Assembly (NCBI RefSeq): GCF_963921235.1
Contig: NC_086097.1
Coordinates: 242,298,001 to 242,362,000, forward strand
Direction of reading: 5' to 3'
From: Mobula hypostoma
Lineage: Eukaryota
DNA: 64,000 bases
Below, piece after piece: positions 1 through 13,347 of this stretch. A model generated the notes under the pieces. That model was not told where the DNA came from. It searched no databases and saw only the letters and a list, made by a program, of their open reading frames with translations. Each line of letters opens with the position of its first letter. The stretch's first letter is position 1. Both the position numbers and the translations under genes were made by a program.

Positions 1-1799
1 TTATGAAGCAATTATTTTCTAGATGGAATCCTCTTACACTTTCGTTAGTTGGTCGAATTCATGCAGGTAAAATGATGATCTTACCAAAATTTTTATATGT
101 ATTTCAAAATATTCCTATTTTTTTAACTAAGAAGGTTTTTGATCAGGTTGACTCTATTATTTCATCTTTTTTTTGGAATAATAAAAGACCAAGAATTGGA
201 AAATGTCATTTACAAAAATTAAAAAAGGATGGAGGTCTTACCTTGCCTAATTTAAGAATGTATTATTGGACAGTTAATATATGCTATGCGTGTTCTTGGT
301 TATAGTGGACCAATAAAAATGAACATCCACTGTGGGTTGACTTGGAATTGAAAATTGTGAAACAATTTCACTTAAGTTCATTATTAGGAGCTTCTTTACC
401 TGTACAACTAGCGAAAATTTCTATTTTAAATATTAATCTTATGATTAAGCAGTCATTACGAATTTGATACCAGTTTCGTAAGTTTTTTAGTCTTAAAAAA
501 TTTAACCTTCTTAGTTTAATTTATCGAAAACTATTTATTTAAACCTTCACTTAGTGATCCTACCTTTTCCCTTTGGAGGAATAAAGTAATTTTTCCTTTA
601 TGGATTTGTTTCAAGAAGGCCGATTGATGTCCTTTGAGAAATTAGTAACTAAATACTCAATTTCATACTCACCCTTTTGGAATATCTTCAGGTCAGACAT
701 CTTTTACAAGAATATTTAAGTAATTTTCCATATATACAAGATTCTGACCTGTTAGACACTATTTTAAAAATCAACCCTTTAGTGAAAGGTTTTAGTGGGA
801 AAATTTATAATTTACTATTACAACAGGATAATTATCCTCTATTTAAGATTAAGCAAGATTGGGAAAGAGAGCTTAACATGACCTTGATAACTGAGGATTG
901 GTTGCGAATTTTGAAGTTGGTTAACTCTTCTTCGATTTGCGCCATTCATTCTTTGATTCAATTTAAAATTGTACATCGTTATTATTTGACAAAGGAGAGA
1001 CTGTCTAAAATATTTCCTAATGTTAATAGTTAGTGTGATAGATATAAAACTGAGACAGATACATTGACACATATGTTTTGGTCATGTTCTGTACTGAAAC
1101 AGTTTTGGAAATCTATTTTTTCTACAATTTCTAAAGCTTTAAAAATTAATTTACAACCTAATAAATTGACAGTTTTGTTTGGTATAATTCCTCAATATAT
1201 TCATGGTATTTCTATATCAGACCAATATGTTTTTGCATTTGTTACATTATTGGCTAGAAGGGCTATTTTATTAAAATGGAAAGATGCCTCTGCTCCCACT
1301 TTGATACAATGGTTCTCTCAGGTGGTGTTATGTCTTAGTTTGGAGAAAATCAGAAATCGAACTTTTGATCCTCGATTTGACTTTGAGAAAAGGTAGGGCT
1401 CTTTTGCCTGCTACTATCATTTGATTTGAGTTAATTAAGATGGTTCCCTTCTGATTCTTGGGTAAATGGATTTGGTTGGTAGATTGATGTCTTTTTTTAA
1501 TAGAAGCTTGTATGGCGTATAGCTCCGGGTTTGTGCTCCAAATGGTTTTTTCTTTCTCATTTTTTTGTTTGTTAGCTGGGTTTTTTTTTGTTTTAGTTAG
1601 TAGGGGTTCTTTTTCCTTCTTTCTTTTTTCAAAAAAAAATAGCTTTAACATTTTGTTTTTTTTTAAATTATTATTATTGATATACTGTTTAGCTTGGTTA
1701 ATAGATGGACTCTTATTATTCATATTGATATATTGACTTGATTATTTCAATGTATTTTTTGTTGTCAATTTTCAATAATAATTAATAAAAAGATTTAAA
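1..1799 (+). mobile_element. L1-clade LINE, degenerate 3' part of ORF2 plus 3' UTR (cut by window start)
   Basis: Broken ORFs 3..305, 677..1033 and 1064..1396 give fish L1 ORF2 C-terminal motifs (LSLVGRI..KMMILPKFLYVFQ, GGLTLPNLRMYYW, QFKIVHRYYLT, THMFWSC zinc-knuckle region); T-rich UTR ending AATAAAAGATTTAAAA. Confidence 0.9.
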
Positions 1800-1800
1800 A

Positions 1801-2200
1801 ATGGATGTTGCCTGGGTGGAGTGTCTGAGAACCTGTCTGAGGAGAGACCGAACAAGCTAGATTGTTTCCGCTGAAGTGGAGGAGGCTGAGAGGAGACCTG
1901 AAAAGGCTGTATGGAACTATAATAGCTAAAAGAGGGCAGATAGCCCTAAACCTTTCCTCAGAGCAGAGGAAAGTCGATAATCAAATTGCATAGTTTAAGG
2001 TAAGATGTAAAGTGTTTAGAGGGGGACCAAAGGAAGTTTTTTTCCCTGAGGTGGAGAAAGCCAAGACCTTCCGAATATCTGAGAAGGTCTTAGAAGACCA
2101 CTAAAAGCATGGTAGGCAATGGGTCAAGGGCAGGTAGGTGGGATTATTTTACTGGGGTTCTATAGACAAGGTGGACTGAAGGACCTACTCTTCTGCTGTA
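1801..2200 (+). mobile_element. Old CR1 LINE 3' fragment
   Basis: Diverged similarity to CR1 ORF2 end (GGAGGAGGCTGAGAGGAGACCTGA) and CR1-type 3' end GGACTGAAGGACCT...TGTATGATTCCAT. Confidence 0.6.
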
Positions 2201-2412
2201 TGATTCCATCACTAAAACAATTGACACGTATAAAACAAAATCTCAAAAAATCGATTTCTTCTCAAACTCAGGAAACTGAGGGAAATTCTAGATCAGCAGC
2301 ATGAATGCAGTTACCAAAGTTATGGGAGGTGGCCCCGTTGAATTTGCAGGTCACATAACCTGCAAACATTTCATAAACACAGGAAGTTCTGCGGATGTTG
2401 GAAATCCAGAGC

Positions 2413-2413
<1 letters not shown>

Positions 2414-2464
<51 letters not shown>
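2414..2464. repeat. (CA)n microsatellite expanded inside the Penelope-like terminal repeat
   Basis: About 25 CA units replacing the short ACACAC run seen in sister copies. Confidence 0.98.
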
Positions 2465-2469
<5 letters not shown>

Positions 2470-2816
2470 CTGGAGGAACTTGTCAGGTCAGGCAGCATCT
2501 CTGGAGCGGAATAAACTGTTGACATTTTGGGCTAAGACCCTTCATCAGGTTTGGAAAAGAAGGAGGCAGAAGCCAGAATAAAAAGATTGGGGGAGGAGAA
2601 GGGTACGTGGGTAGGGGGATAGATGAGACCAGGGGAAGGTGGGTGAGTAGGGGAGGGGGGGGATGAAGTAAGATGCTGCGAGGTGATAGGTGGAATAGGT
2701 AAAATGCTGAAGAAGAAGAAATCTGATACGACAGAACAGTAGACCATGGATGAAAGGGAAGGAGGAAGGGCATCAGAGGGAGATGATGGGAAGGTGTGGA
2801 GAAGAGAAGGATAAGA

Positions 2817-3100
2817 CCGTAAGACATTGGGGCAGAATTAGGTCATTTGGCCCATTGAATCTGCTCCACCATTTCATCATGGCTGATCCATTTTTCCACT
2901 CAGCCCCAATCTCCTACCGTCTCCCCGTATCCCTTCATGCCCTGACCAATCAAGAATCGATCAAACTCTGCCTTGAATATCATAAGGACTTGGCCTCAAA
3001 AGCTGCCTGTGGCAGTGAGTTCTACAGACTCACCACTCTCTAGCTAAAGAAATTCCTCCTCATCTCCGTTCTTAAAGGACGCTCCTCTAATATGAGGCTG
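2817..3100 (-). mobile_element. CR1 LINE 3' fragment
   Basis: Reverse complement of CR1 3' end; ATAAG repeated on both sides (probable TSD). Confidence 0.75.
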
Positions 3101-4725
3101 TATAAGGGGGGAGCCAGAATGGGGAAAATAGTAAAAGAGGGAAGGGGGAGATGGGAGAAATTGCTTAGAGATAGAGAAATCAATGTTTAGCCCACCAGGT
3201 TGGAGGCTACCCAGTTGGAATGACGTGCTGCTCCTCCAACCTGAGTATGGCACCATCGTGGCAGTAGAGATGGACCGACGTGTCGGAATGGGAATGGGTG
3301 ATCAACAGGAAATCCCGCTTTTTGTGGATGATGGAACACAGGTACTTAATGAACTGATCCCCCAGTCTATGTCGAGGTAATTTTTCCCCTTTGTGCATGT
3401 CCCGCTGATAATATTGATCTCCTCATAACATGTCCTTAAATATCTAGAAAGGCTGAGGAGTAATCTTCACGCCTGCGGTTTTGTTTCTGTGCTTGGCTGT
3501 TTGCCTCTCTTACAAAGTGTCAAGGTACTTATATCAGAGTAGGTATACAGTATCCAGTCTGAAATTCGTCCTTTTCACAGACATCCACAAAACAAAGAAA
3601 CCCCTTAGAACGATAGAAATGTTGAATCCCTGAAGCCACCCTCTCCCTTCGCACAAGCAGCAGCAACAGCATCAAAGTTCAAAGTTCAAAGTACACATAA
3701 ATTATACAACCTTGGGATTCTTCTGCATACAGGCAACCACAAACAAGAAATCTGAAAGAACACTGTTTAAAAAAAAGACCAACACCCATTGCAGGGAGTG
3801 GGGGTTGAAGAGAGACAGAGAGACACTGTACAAACAATAAAAGCAAGCAACAGCATTCAGAACCAATTTGAGTCCACAGACCGGGAGCGCAGAGCATGAC
3901 AACCCCTCAGTCCCCACCCACATCAGCAGACGCATTGACAGCCCCCCCCCAAAACCCCACCATGCAGGCAACAGTAGAAGCTCCAAAGAGTCCATTGATC
4001 CAGGACCCATCAATGAACTCCATTGTGGATATGAACACTCTGTCTTCATTCACCACGATTAACAAATCTCTGACTTTCCATTCACAGGTCTTTTCTCAGT
4101 CTGGTCTTGGATTACTTCAGACAAACTATTCCCACTTCATCCTTCCCCCGTGAACATCAGCCTGATCTTCATTACGTGTGCTTTCCGGTTAATGATGGCT
4201 ACCAGAGTCAGCAATAGCTTAAAGTTTGGTGATTTTTTTTTTAAAAAACCTTTTTTTTTAGTATCAGTTAGGAAACGGTAGATTGAGCACATAATATTCT
4301 TTATACTTTATTGTCGCCAAACAATTGATACTAGTACGTACAATCATCACAGCGATATCTGATTCTGCGCTTTGTGCTCCCTGGAGTGCAAATCGATAGT
4401 AAATATTAAAAATTTAAATTATAACTCATAAATAGGAAATAGAAAATGGAAAGTAAGGTAGTGCAAAAAAACCGAGAGGCAGGTGCCAATGCCATGCTGA
4501 CTCAGATTTATAGCTGGAGACGTCACCTTCCCTTGGAGAATTATGAATTATGAATTTTATTTGACACCTTTTTTCAATCCCAATGGCAAAAACTTGCATT
4601 CAGCAGCAACTTGCATTTATATGGTAGTATGTCTCAAAGTGCATCACAGGGGCATTAGCAGATTCTGACACTGAGCCACACCAGCGGATATCTCGACAGC
4701 TTGACTAAGTCTGGTCAAGGATCAG

Positions 4726-5215
4726 CAAACATAGTGTGTGGGAGGAACTCAGAAGGCCAGGGTGCATCTATGGAGAGGAATAAACAGTCAACGTTTGGTG
4801 TTGAGACCCTTCATCAGGACTGAAAAGGAAGGGGGCAGACGCCAGGAAAGAAGGTGGGGGGAGGAGAAGGAGTCCAAGCTGGCTGGCGATAGCTGAAACC
4901 AGGTGAGGGGGAAAGTGAGGAGGGGAGAAGGTATTAAAGAAGAAATTGATCAATTTTTCAAACTTTCGGTAATTTCCCCTCTCCCCCCCCCCCACTTTTC
5001 TCTTTTTTCATTCCCCACTCTGGTTTTACTCTCACTCTTTCCCTTCTCCTCACCTCTCAATCACCTCCTTCCAGTGTCCCTCCTCCTTCCCTTTCCTCCA
5101 TGGGCCATTGTCCTCTCCTATCAGATTCCTTCTTCTTCAGCCCTTCACTTCTTCCACCTATTACTTTCCAGCTTCTTACTTCATCCACCCTTCCCAGCCT
5201 TTTCTAAATACTGAA
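4726..5215. mobile_element. Old Penelope-like terminal-repeat fragments in inverted arrangement
   Basis: About 4726-4935 matches the family on the minus strand (degenerate hammerhead at about 4785-4822); about 4945-5215 is the pyrimidine-rich 3' region on the plus strand. Confidence 0.6.
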
Positions 5216-5485
5216 GAAGAGGTGGGAAGTTGGTGAGGTGTACCCTTCTTAGGAGTCCCCACCTGTGGTGGAGCAATTATACTCTGGTATGAGCGTAGAC
5301 AGAATAGAGTAAAGATCACAAGATATAGGAGCAGAATTAGGCCATTTGACCCCTCGAGTCTGCTCCGCAAGTTCATCATGGCTGATCCATTTTCCCCCTC
5401 AGCCCCAATCTCCTGCCTTGTCCCTGCATCCCTTCATGCCCTGACCGATCAAGAATTGATCAACCTCTGCCTTAAATATACATCA

Positions 5486-5888
5486 TGATGTAATTTGACC
5501 TTTCCGAATCCTTCTTATTAACTTAAAATATATGAATAGAGGAGCGGAGTTGACAACATTACTGAACGTGTTCGATTTAAGATAATGGTCTAGCCTTGTT
5601 TTGTTTACTCTGTTTTGTTTTGTTCCATTTGCTTTTTTTTTGGGTTTAGTATTTAGTTTTACAGTTTTTTTTGTTTTTTGGGGGGGGTTTCTTTGTTTTT
5701 ATTTTCTTTTTATTTCTTTTTTCTCTATGATTAATTATATAAAGAGTTTGGGAGTCTATTATACTTGTATTATTTGAAATCTTTTTTGTACATGCTTATC
5801 AACAATAAGATTATTCCAATCTCTCTGTATCAACATTGTTATTCTGTTTATAATTTTGGAAAATTAATAAAAAGATTTAAAAAGAAAG
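5486..5888 (+). mobile_element. L1-clade 3' UTR insertion
   Basis: T-rich body ending AATAAAAAGATTTAAAAAGAAAG as at 1780-1799; 12-bp TSD AAATATACATCA at 5474-5485 and 5889-5900, at a TT/AAA site. Confidence 0.85.
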
Positions 5889-6164
5889 AAATATACATCA
5901 AGACTTGGCACCACAGCTGCCTGTGGCAAAGAATTCCACAGATTCACCACTCTCTGGCTAAAGAAATTCCTCCTCTTCTCCAATCTAAGAGGACACCCCT
6001 CTATTCTAAGGCTGTGTCCCATGGTCTTAGACTCCCACCATTGGAAGCATCCTTCTACATTCACTGTATCAAAGCCTTTCACCATTCAATAGGTTTCAAT
6101 GAGGTTACCCCTCATTTTTCCGAATTGTGGTGAATACAGGCCCAGAGCCATCAAACACTCTTCA

Positions 6165-7265
6165 GAAAGTCAGAAGGCATGGGATCCAGGGAAGTTTGGC
6201 CAGGTGGATTCAGAATTGGCTTGCCTGCAGAAAGCAAAGGGTCGTAGTGGAGGGAGTATATTTGGATTGGAGGGTTGTGACTAGTGGTGTCCCACAAGGA
6301 TCAGTTCTGGGACCTATACTTTTCTTGATTTTTATTAATGACCTGGATGTGGGAGTAGAAGGGTGGGTTGGCAAGTTTGCAGACGACACAAAGGTTGGTG
6401 GTGTTGTAGATAGTGTAGAGGATTGTCAAAGATTGCAGAGAGACATTGATAGGATGCAGAAGTGGGCTGAGAAGTGGCAGATGGAATTCAACCCGGAGAA
6501 GTGTGAGGTGGTACACCTTGGAAGGACAAGCTCCAAGGCAGAGTACAAAGTAAGTGGCAGGATACTTGGAAGTGTGGAGGAGCAGAAGGATCTGGGGGTA
6601 CATGTCCACAGATCCCTGAAAGTTGCCTCACAGGTGGATAGGGTAGATAAGAAAGCTTATGGGGTGTTAGCTTTCATAAGTCAAGGGATAGAGTTTAAGA
6701 GTCGTGAGGTAATGATACAGCTCAATAAAACTCCAGTTAGGCCACACTTGGAGTATTGTGTCCAGTTCTGGTCGCCTCACTGTAGGAAGGATGTGGAAGC
6801 ATTGGAAAGGGTACAGAGGAGATTTACCAGGATGCTGCCTGGTTTACAGAGTATGCATTATGATCAGAGATTAAAGGAGCTAGGGCTTTACTCTTTGGAG
6901 AGAAGGAGGATGAGAGGAGACACGATAGAGGTATTCAAGATATTAAGAGAAATAGATAGAGTGGATAGCCAGCACCTCTTCCCCAGGGTACCACTGCTAA
7001 ATACAAGAGGACATGGCTTTAAGGTAATGGGTGGGAAGTTCAAGGGGGATATTAGAGGAAGGTTTTTTACTCAGAGAGTGGTTGGTGCATGGAATGCACT
7101 GCCTGAGTCAGTGGCGGAGGCAGATACAATAGTGAAATTTGACTACTAGACAGGTATATGGAGAAATTTAAGGTGGGGGGGGTATATGGGATGCAGGGTT
7201 TGAGGGTCGGCACAACATTGTGGGCCGAAGGGCCTGTACTGTGCTGTACTATTCTATGTTCTATG
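6165..7265 (+). mobile_element. CR1 LINE, 5'-truncated (RT C-terminal half plus 3' UTR)
   Basis: ORF 6127..7149: SGVPQGSVLGP, FINDL, KFADDTK, RPHLEYCVQFWSP; (TTCTATG)n tail; TTCA TSD. Confidence 0.95.
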
Positions 7266-7686
7266 TTCATATGACAAGCCATTCAATCCTGGAATCATTT
7301 TTGTGAACCTCCTTTGAACCCTCTCCAGTTTCAGCACATCCTTTCTTAAGATAAGGCACCCAAACCTGTTCACAATACTCCAACTGAGGCCTCACCAGTG
7401 CTTTATAAAGTCTCAACATGACATCCTTGCTTTTATATTCTAGTCCTCTTTAAATGAATACTAACATCACAGTTGCTTTCCTTACCACAGATTCGACCTG
7501 AAAATTAACCTCCAGGGAACCCTGCTCAAGGACTCCCAAGTCCTTTCGCACCTCAGATTTTTGTATTTTCTCTCCATTTAGAAAATAGTCAACACTTTAA
7601 TTTCTTCTACTAAACTGCATGACCATACACTCCCTGACACTGCATTCCAACAGCCATTTCTTTTTCCATTCTCCTAATCTGTCTTG

Positions 7687-8535
7687 GGCTACGTCCACAC
7701 TAGACCGGATAAATCCGTAACCGAAGTTTTTTCTCTTCGTTTTGACCCTCCGTCCACACTGAAACGGCATTTTCCTTCCCCGAAAACGGAGATTTTCTAA
7801 AACGCCCTCCAGAGTGTGTAAATTTGAAAACGTCGATTGTGCAGAGCAGTGCGGACGGGATAAACAGATATTTTTAAAAATGTTGTCATGACGTGCCGGA
7901 ACAGATGGCGGCAGCGCGGCATTTCGTTGTTTTCTTAATGCAACCCCCCCCCCACACAACCTAACAATTTCAGAACAGACAGCAACAAGACTGAAGCCAG
8001 AAGAGTTAGAAATGTACTCACCAAATACTTTGACCCATAGCTTCCTGAATAAATAAGTATACTCACTTTGTCCTGTTTTCTGTCCTTGCTTGTATAAAGG
8101 TGGTTTACCTATTTATGCAAGTACTTCTCTGACAATAGATGTGTAACCTTGCATGGAAATACAAGATAACTCTGATGCAGACATGTTTTATACATTCAAC
8201 AAAGTGCTTTATTAATGCAACAGAGTTAGTCAGTTTTTCATTGTTCGTCGTCAGCCAGGTCATACTGTCCGTGAACTCCCTGTCGGTTGCTTCCATACAC
8301 TCCAGTATTTGTTTCTTTTTAGTTTTAAGTCCTCCTGCGTGACAGCCAACAACAAGTCCTTTTAAGTTTTTCTAGTCTGTAACTGGACAAACGCGCACCA
8401 ACCAAGTATACCGTTTCCTCTTCGCTTGTTTTCTGTGTGTCCTGCACATGCCCAGTAGGAGGAGATTCGTTCAAATATCCGTTCTAATGTGGACGGAGAT
8501 ATTTTGAAAAACACCTGGTGTGGACACCTATCGTT
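7687..8535. mobile_element. PIF/Harbinger non-autonomous element, one end lost
   Basis: Starts GGCTACGTCCACACTAGACCGGATAA; inverted homolog of the complete copy at 41756-42673; last ~50 bp including the second TIR absent. Confidence 0.8.
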
Positions 8536-9049
8536 AAGGTCGTGGTTTTTGTGGACATGCTGTATTTTTTGTTGTTTTTTTTTGTTTGTAATAAAAAATA
8601 AAAAAAGAACATTAAAAAAAAAATTTTCTACAAAAAAAAACCTTCTTTTCCTCATAAAGGGTCTTGGCCCAAAGCGTCAGCTGTACTGTTTTCCAGCATT
8701 TTGTGTGTGTTGCTCTGGATTTCTAGCATCTGCAGATTTTCTCTTGTGTTTCATTGAATGTTTGCTGTTTTCTGGTGGCTTTGAATGATTATAAAGAATA
8801 AAATGACCATTAAGTTCCACTGTAATTTACCATTGATACTTAACCTCTCATTGAACTTAGAATAATCAATTTTTAACTGGAGCATCTCAAGGAAATCCAT
8901 GTGTATACTGGAAGAACATGCAAACTCCTTATAGAGGACACCAGAATTGAACTCCGAGCTCTGAGACCCCGAGCTGTAATAATGATGCACTAATCACTGA
9001 GCTACCTGGCACCCCAATAAAAGTTAGTATAGGTTTCAATAGGTGCACT

Positions 9050-9691
9050 TATTCGGAGGTGGAAGGAGAAGATTGCAGTGCGACACGCACGCGCAGCTCT
9101 CCGGTGAAAATGATATAGTTTCTGTTAAATAGGGGCCGTGGACAATTCTGATTTGATGGAGACAGATGTGAAAGCACGGAGGAACATCTAGAGAAATTTC
9201 TGAAACGCCGGTTCGCTGCCGCTGTTATTGGGCGATCGAGAATCTTCCGGAGGGAAGGCCCCAAATCCCCGGCTTTTCCTGCTGCTGGCGACCGAGGCTG
9301 AGGTCGAATCGTTCGGATAGAGATGGTGCTCGGTACTTGGTGTCGGAGGGTTGATTGGGGGCTCGAAGTTTTCGGACGACTCAAAGTCGGACTGTGGTTG
9401 GACATGGCAGGGAGAGTTTTCTTCCTTCTCCCGTCTGCGTGAGATGTGGGACATTGGAGAAACTTTGAACTTTTTTACTGTGCCATGGCCTGTTCTTCAT
9501 CAAGTTATGGTATTGTTGCACTGTTGTAACTATATGTTTTAATTATGTAGTTTTTGTTAGTTTTTCAGTCTTGGTCTGTCCTGTGTTTCTGTGATATCAC
9601 ACCGGAGGAATATTGTATCATTTCTTAATGCATGCATTACTAAATGACAATAAAAGAGGACAGCGTGTCCTCATAATCTAATCTAATCTAA
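9050..9691 (+). mobile_element. Non-autonomous retroposon (SINE-like) with CpG-rich head, 3' hairpin and (AATCT)n tail
   Basis: AATAAA, then hairpin GAGGACA-GCG-TGTCCTC (9656-9672), then AATCT x3; interrupts another repeat end; no coding homology recognised. Confidence 0.55.
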
Positions 9692-9734
9692 TTTAATGTT
9701 GAAGAAATCTATACAATATACATTATATATACAT

Positions 9735-10714
9735 TACAATATATATTAATGACTTGGATGAGGGAATTAAATGCAGCATCTCCAAGTTTGCGGATGACAC
9801 GAAGCTGGGTGGCAGAGTTAGCTGTGAGGAGGATGCTAAGAGGATGCAGGGTGACTTGGATAGGTTGGGTGAGTGGGCAAATTCATGGCAGATGTAATTT
9901 AATGTGGATAAATGTGAAGTTATCCACTTTGGTGGCAAAAATAGGAAAACAGATTATTATCTGAATGGTGGCCGATTAGGAAAAGGGGAGGTGCAACGAG
10001 ACCTGGGTGTCATTATACACCAGTCATTGAAAGTGGGCATGCAGGTACAGCAGGCGGTGAAAAAGGCGAATGGTATGCTGGCATTTATAGCGAGAGGATT
10101 CGAGTACAGGAGCAGGGAGGTACTACTGCAGTTGTACAAGGCCTTGGTGAGACCACACCTGGAGTATTGTGTGCAGTTTTGGTCCCCTAATCTGAGGAAA
10201 GACATCTTTGCCATAGAGGGAGTACAAAGAAGGTTCACCTGATTGATTCCTGGGATGGCAGGACTTTCATATGAAGAAAGACTGGATGAACTGGGCTTGT
10301 ACTCGTTGGAATTTAGAAGATTGAGGGGGGATCTGATTGAAACGTATAAGATCCTAAAGGGATTGGACAGGCTAGATGCAGGAAGATTGTTCCCGATGTT
10401 GGGGAAGTCCAGAACGAGGGGCCACAGTTTGAGGATAGAGGGGAAGCCTTTTAGGACCAAGATTAGGAAAAACTTCTTCACACAGAGAGTGGTGAATCTG
10501 TGGAATTCTCTGCCACAGGAAACTGTTGAGGCCAGTTCATTGGCTATATTTAAGAGGGAGTTAGATATGGCCCTTGTGGCTACGGGGATCAGGGGGTATG
10601 GAGGGAAGGCTGGGGTGGGGTTCAGAGTTGGATGATCAGCCATGATCATAATAAATGGCGGTGCAGGCTCGAAGGGCCGAATGGCCTACTCCTGCACCTA
10701 TTTTCTATGTTTCT
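9735..10714 (+). mobile_element. CR1 LINE, 5'-truncated, same young family as 22287 and 37521
   Basis: Near-identical to about 39073-40055; nonsense TAA at about 9895 and a 2-bp deletion at about 10240; ATATACAT on both sides. Confidence 0.95.
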
Positions 10715-11029
10715 ATATACATCCTAAAATTCTTTTTCTTTTTCTTTGCAAACATCCACGAAAACAGAGGAGTTCCCCAAAGAATGAATGACGGTTAAAA
10801 TATTAGAACCCCAAAGCCTCCCCCACCCAGCTTACCCATCCCACACACAAGCAGCAGCAAAGCAACAAACCTCCCACCCCCCAAAAAAAGCATCAGCATC
10901 CTCTCCCGAGCCCTCAAGCATGCAGTAAGCATCAATAAAGAGACAGACTTGCAGCACGTCAAAGACTACTCGCTCACCCAGTAATATGACATACCACAGG
11001 CTCTCTCTCCCTAATAAGGGAAAAAAGAG

Positions 11030-11610
11030 AAGTTCAAAATAAATTTATTATCAAAGTACATGCATGTCACTATATACAAGATTCATTTTCGTCACTTTAT
11101 AAATCTGTAGAATAATAACCATAACTGAACCAATGAAACACTCACCCAACATTGGCGTTCAACCAGACTGCAGAAGACAACAAACTGTGCAAGTACAAAA
11201 ATAAAGTAATAATAATAATAATAACAACAACAATAAATAAATAAGTAAGCAATGAGTAGCGAGAACATGTGATGAAGAGTCCTTGAAAGTGAGTCTATAC
11301 GTTGTGGGAACATTTCAATGATAGGGGCAAATGAAGTTGAGTGAAGTTTTCCCCTTTGGTTCAAACTGGTAATAACTGTTCCTGAACCTGGTGGTGGGAG
11401 TCCTGAGGCTCGTGTACCTTCTTCCTCATGAAAAGAGAATGTCATGGCAGGTGGATGCTGCTTTCCTGCGACAACACTCCATACAGATGTGCTCAACATT
11501 GGGGAGGGTTTTACCTGTGATGGACTGAGTTGTATCCACTACTTTTTGTAGGATTTTTCATTCAAAGGCAGTGGAGCTTCCATACCAGGCTGTGATGCAG
11601 CTAGTTAGTG
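11030..11610 (-). mobile_element. Rex1/Babar-type LINE 3' fragment, old
   Basis: Same 3' end (AAGTTCAAA..AAATTTATTATCAAAGTA) and CCATACCAGGCTGTGATGCAGC (CITAWYG) motif as the other Rex-like copies. Confidence 0.6.
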
Positions 11611-12849
11611 TCAAAGTCTGTCTGTCGTGAGTCCTGCGGCTTGCCATAGAGCGTTGAGTTTCTAGGGTCTCTGAGCTCCTGTATTTACTAATCAATATCT
11701 TAATTTGAGCCGTTAAACTCTTGTGTTTTTGGTTCAATCTGGTCTAGTTAATCATGGCTGGCAAATGTTTCCCAAATTCAATGATTATTTAAAGAGGTCT
11801 CTCAGTCAGCCCCTGCATGGGGTCATTGTGCTGGAGAGAATGAATTGTCTTTTGGTGTCGCTCAGTCGCTCCTCCGATATCTAACCTCCAATTTCCGTCT
11901 CTTGCTGGGGATCCTACCGTTCCTCCGCACCTGGGTCTAGTCCTCTGAGAGCGCGCCGTGACTCTTTCATTCCACAGGGTCACAAAAATAAACACTCAGG
12001 AGACATGGCAGTGTGTGTGGACAAAGGAGCAGGCCACAGCTCCACAACCCATCATGAAACGTTACTCGTACTGGCGTCCCAACCCTTCCCCCCTCTCAGA
12101 AATACTAATCGACTAGATTAGCAGCTCAAAAATCCTTTGATCTTGCAGTAGATCCAGATTTATTTATTGTATGCACATCAAAACATACAGGTACAGTGAA
12201 ATACACCGTTTTTGTTAACAAACAACACAGGTCACAGGTAAAAGGTGAAAGGTGAAGTATTTAAATGGAACCGAAAGCTTGGATAAGTACATGGTTGAGA
12301 GGAGCTTGGAGGCCCAGGGTCCAGGTGCTGGGCAGAATAACAGGTCAGCATGGACTAACTGGACTGAAGGGCCTGTTTCTGTGTTTATGTTAAATTGTGT
12401 AAATGCACCTGAATCTCTGCTTCACTCAGAAAGAGGGTTGGGTTCCCAGATGAAACGGAGGAAAGAGTTAAATGTGTTGCATACAAAACTGATTTCCATC
12501 AATTTCTTTATTAAACCTACAATTATAGTGATCTTTATCTAACCTCCATACGAGATACTTATGAGATGCTCTGTGGATGTAAAGAGCAGTGTGGATAATT
12601 AAGAACCAGTTGATCTAGTGAGTCTGGATTTCCAGCTAGAATAGAACTTTACTGATGTTACTCAAGGCAATTAGATTGTGGTGCTACTCCAGTCTGTGCG
12701 AATCAGATATTTACAATGCACGCGGTACGGCTTAAATTTTTAATAAAGGCGCCTAATATTGTTCTGCATAGAAAACTATTACACAAGATGAAAGGACATG
12801 GTATTGGGCCAATATGCAAATCTGTCCGCATGGAAATACGTATAACATA

Positions 12850-13245
12850 GGAGGGAGGGGAAGGAGAACAAGTCGGCAGGTGATAGGTGAAACAAGGTGA
12901 GGGAGAAGGTGGGTGGGTGGGGAGGGAGAATGAAGAAGCAGGGGGCTGATATGTAGGAAATGTAAAGGGCTGGAGAAGAAGGTACTTGAAAAGAGAGGAC
13001 AGTGGGCCATGGAAGAAAGGGAGTGAGCTGATGCGGAGGTGAGGACATGAGAAGGGATGAGAAGAAAACCAGAATGGGGAATGGAAAAAGAGAAAAGAAG
13101 GGAGGGAGAGAAATTACTGGATGTTGTGGAAATCAATATTTTTGCCATCAGTTTGGAGGCTATTGAGAAGAAACATGAGGTGGTTCTCCTGCAACCAGAG
13201 AGTGGCGGTAGAGGAGGCCATGGGCTGACATGTTGGAATACATCA
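12850..13245 (-). mobile_element. Old Penelope-like 3' fragment
   Basis: Purine-rich tract followed by AAATCAATATT..GCCATCAGTTTGGAGGCT, homologous to the GIY-YIG C-terminal sequence of the young copies. Confidence 0.65.
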
Positions 13246-13347
13246 TAGTCTGATACAGCAATTTTCATGTCCAGGAACGTAAGAAGCTGCAGAAAGTGGT
13301 GGACTCAGTCCAATAGTTCATGGTCACTTCCCTGATAACATCAACAG

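Larger units (their letters stand above)
2375..3380 (-). mobile_element. Penelope-like element 3' fragment (GIY-YIG end plus terminal repeat), interrupted by a CR1 piece
   Basis: Minus-strand ORFs give RHRLGDQF..H, LRLEEQHVI, LGSLQPGGLNIDFS; degenerate hammerhead core at about 2516-2552. Confidence 0.8.
5315..7686 (-). mobile_element. CR1 LINE 3' portion hosting nested L1, CR1 and Harbinger insertions
   Basis: Segments about 5315-5485, 5901-6164 and 7266-7686 rejoin into a continuous antisense CR1; ORF 5864..6085 gives RNFFSQRVVNLWNSLP. Confidence 0.85.

Noticed and set aside
9957..10649. Long antisense ORFs over CR1 copies (also 22580, 37478, 38873, 59058)
   Set aside because: Shadow frames of LINE ORF2, repeated only because the LINE is repeated
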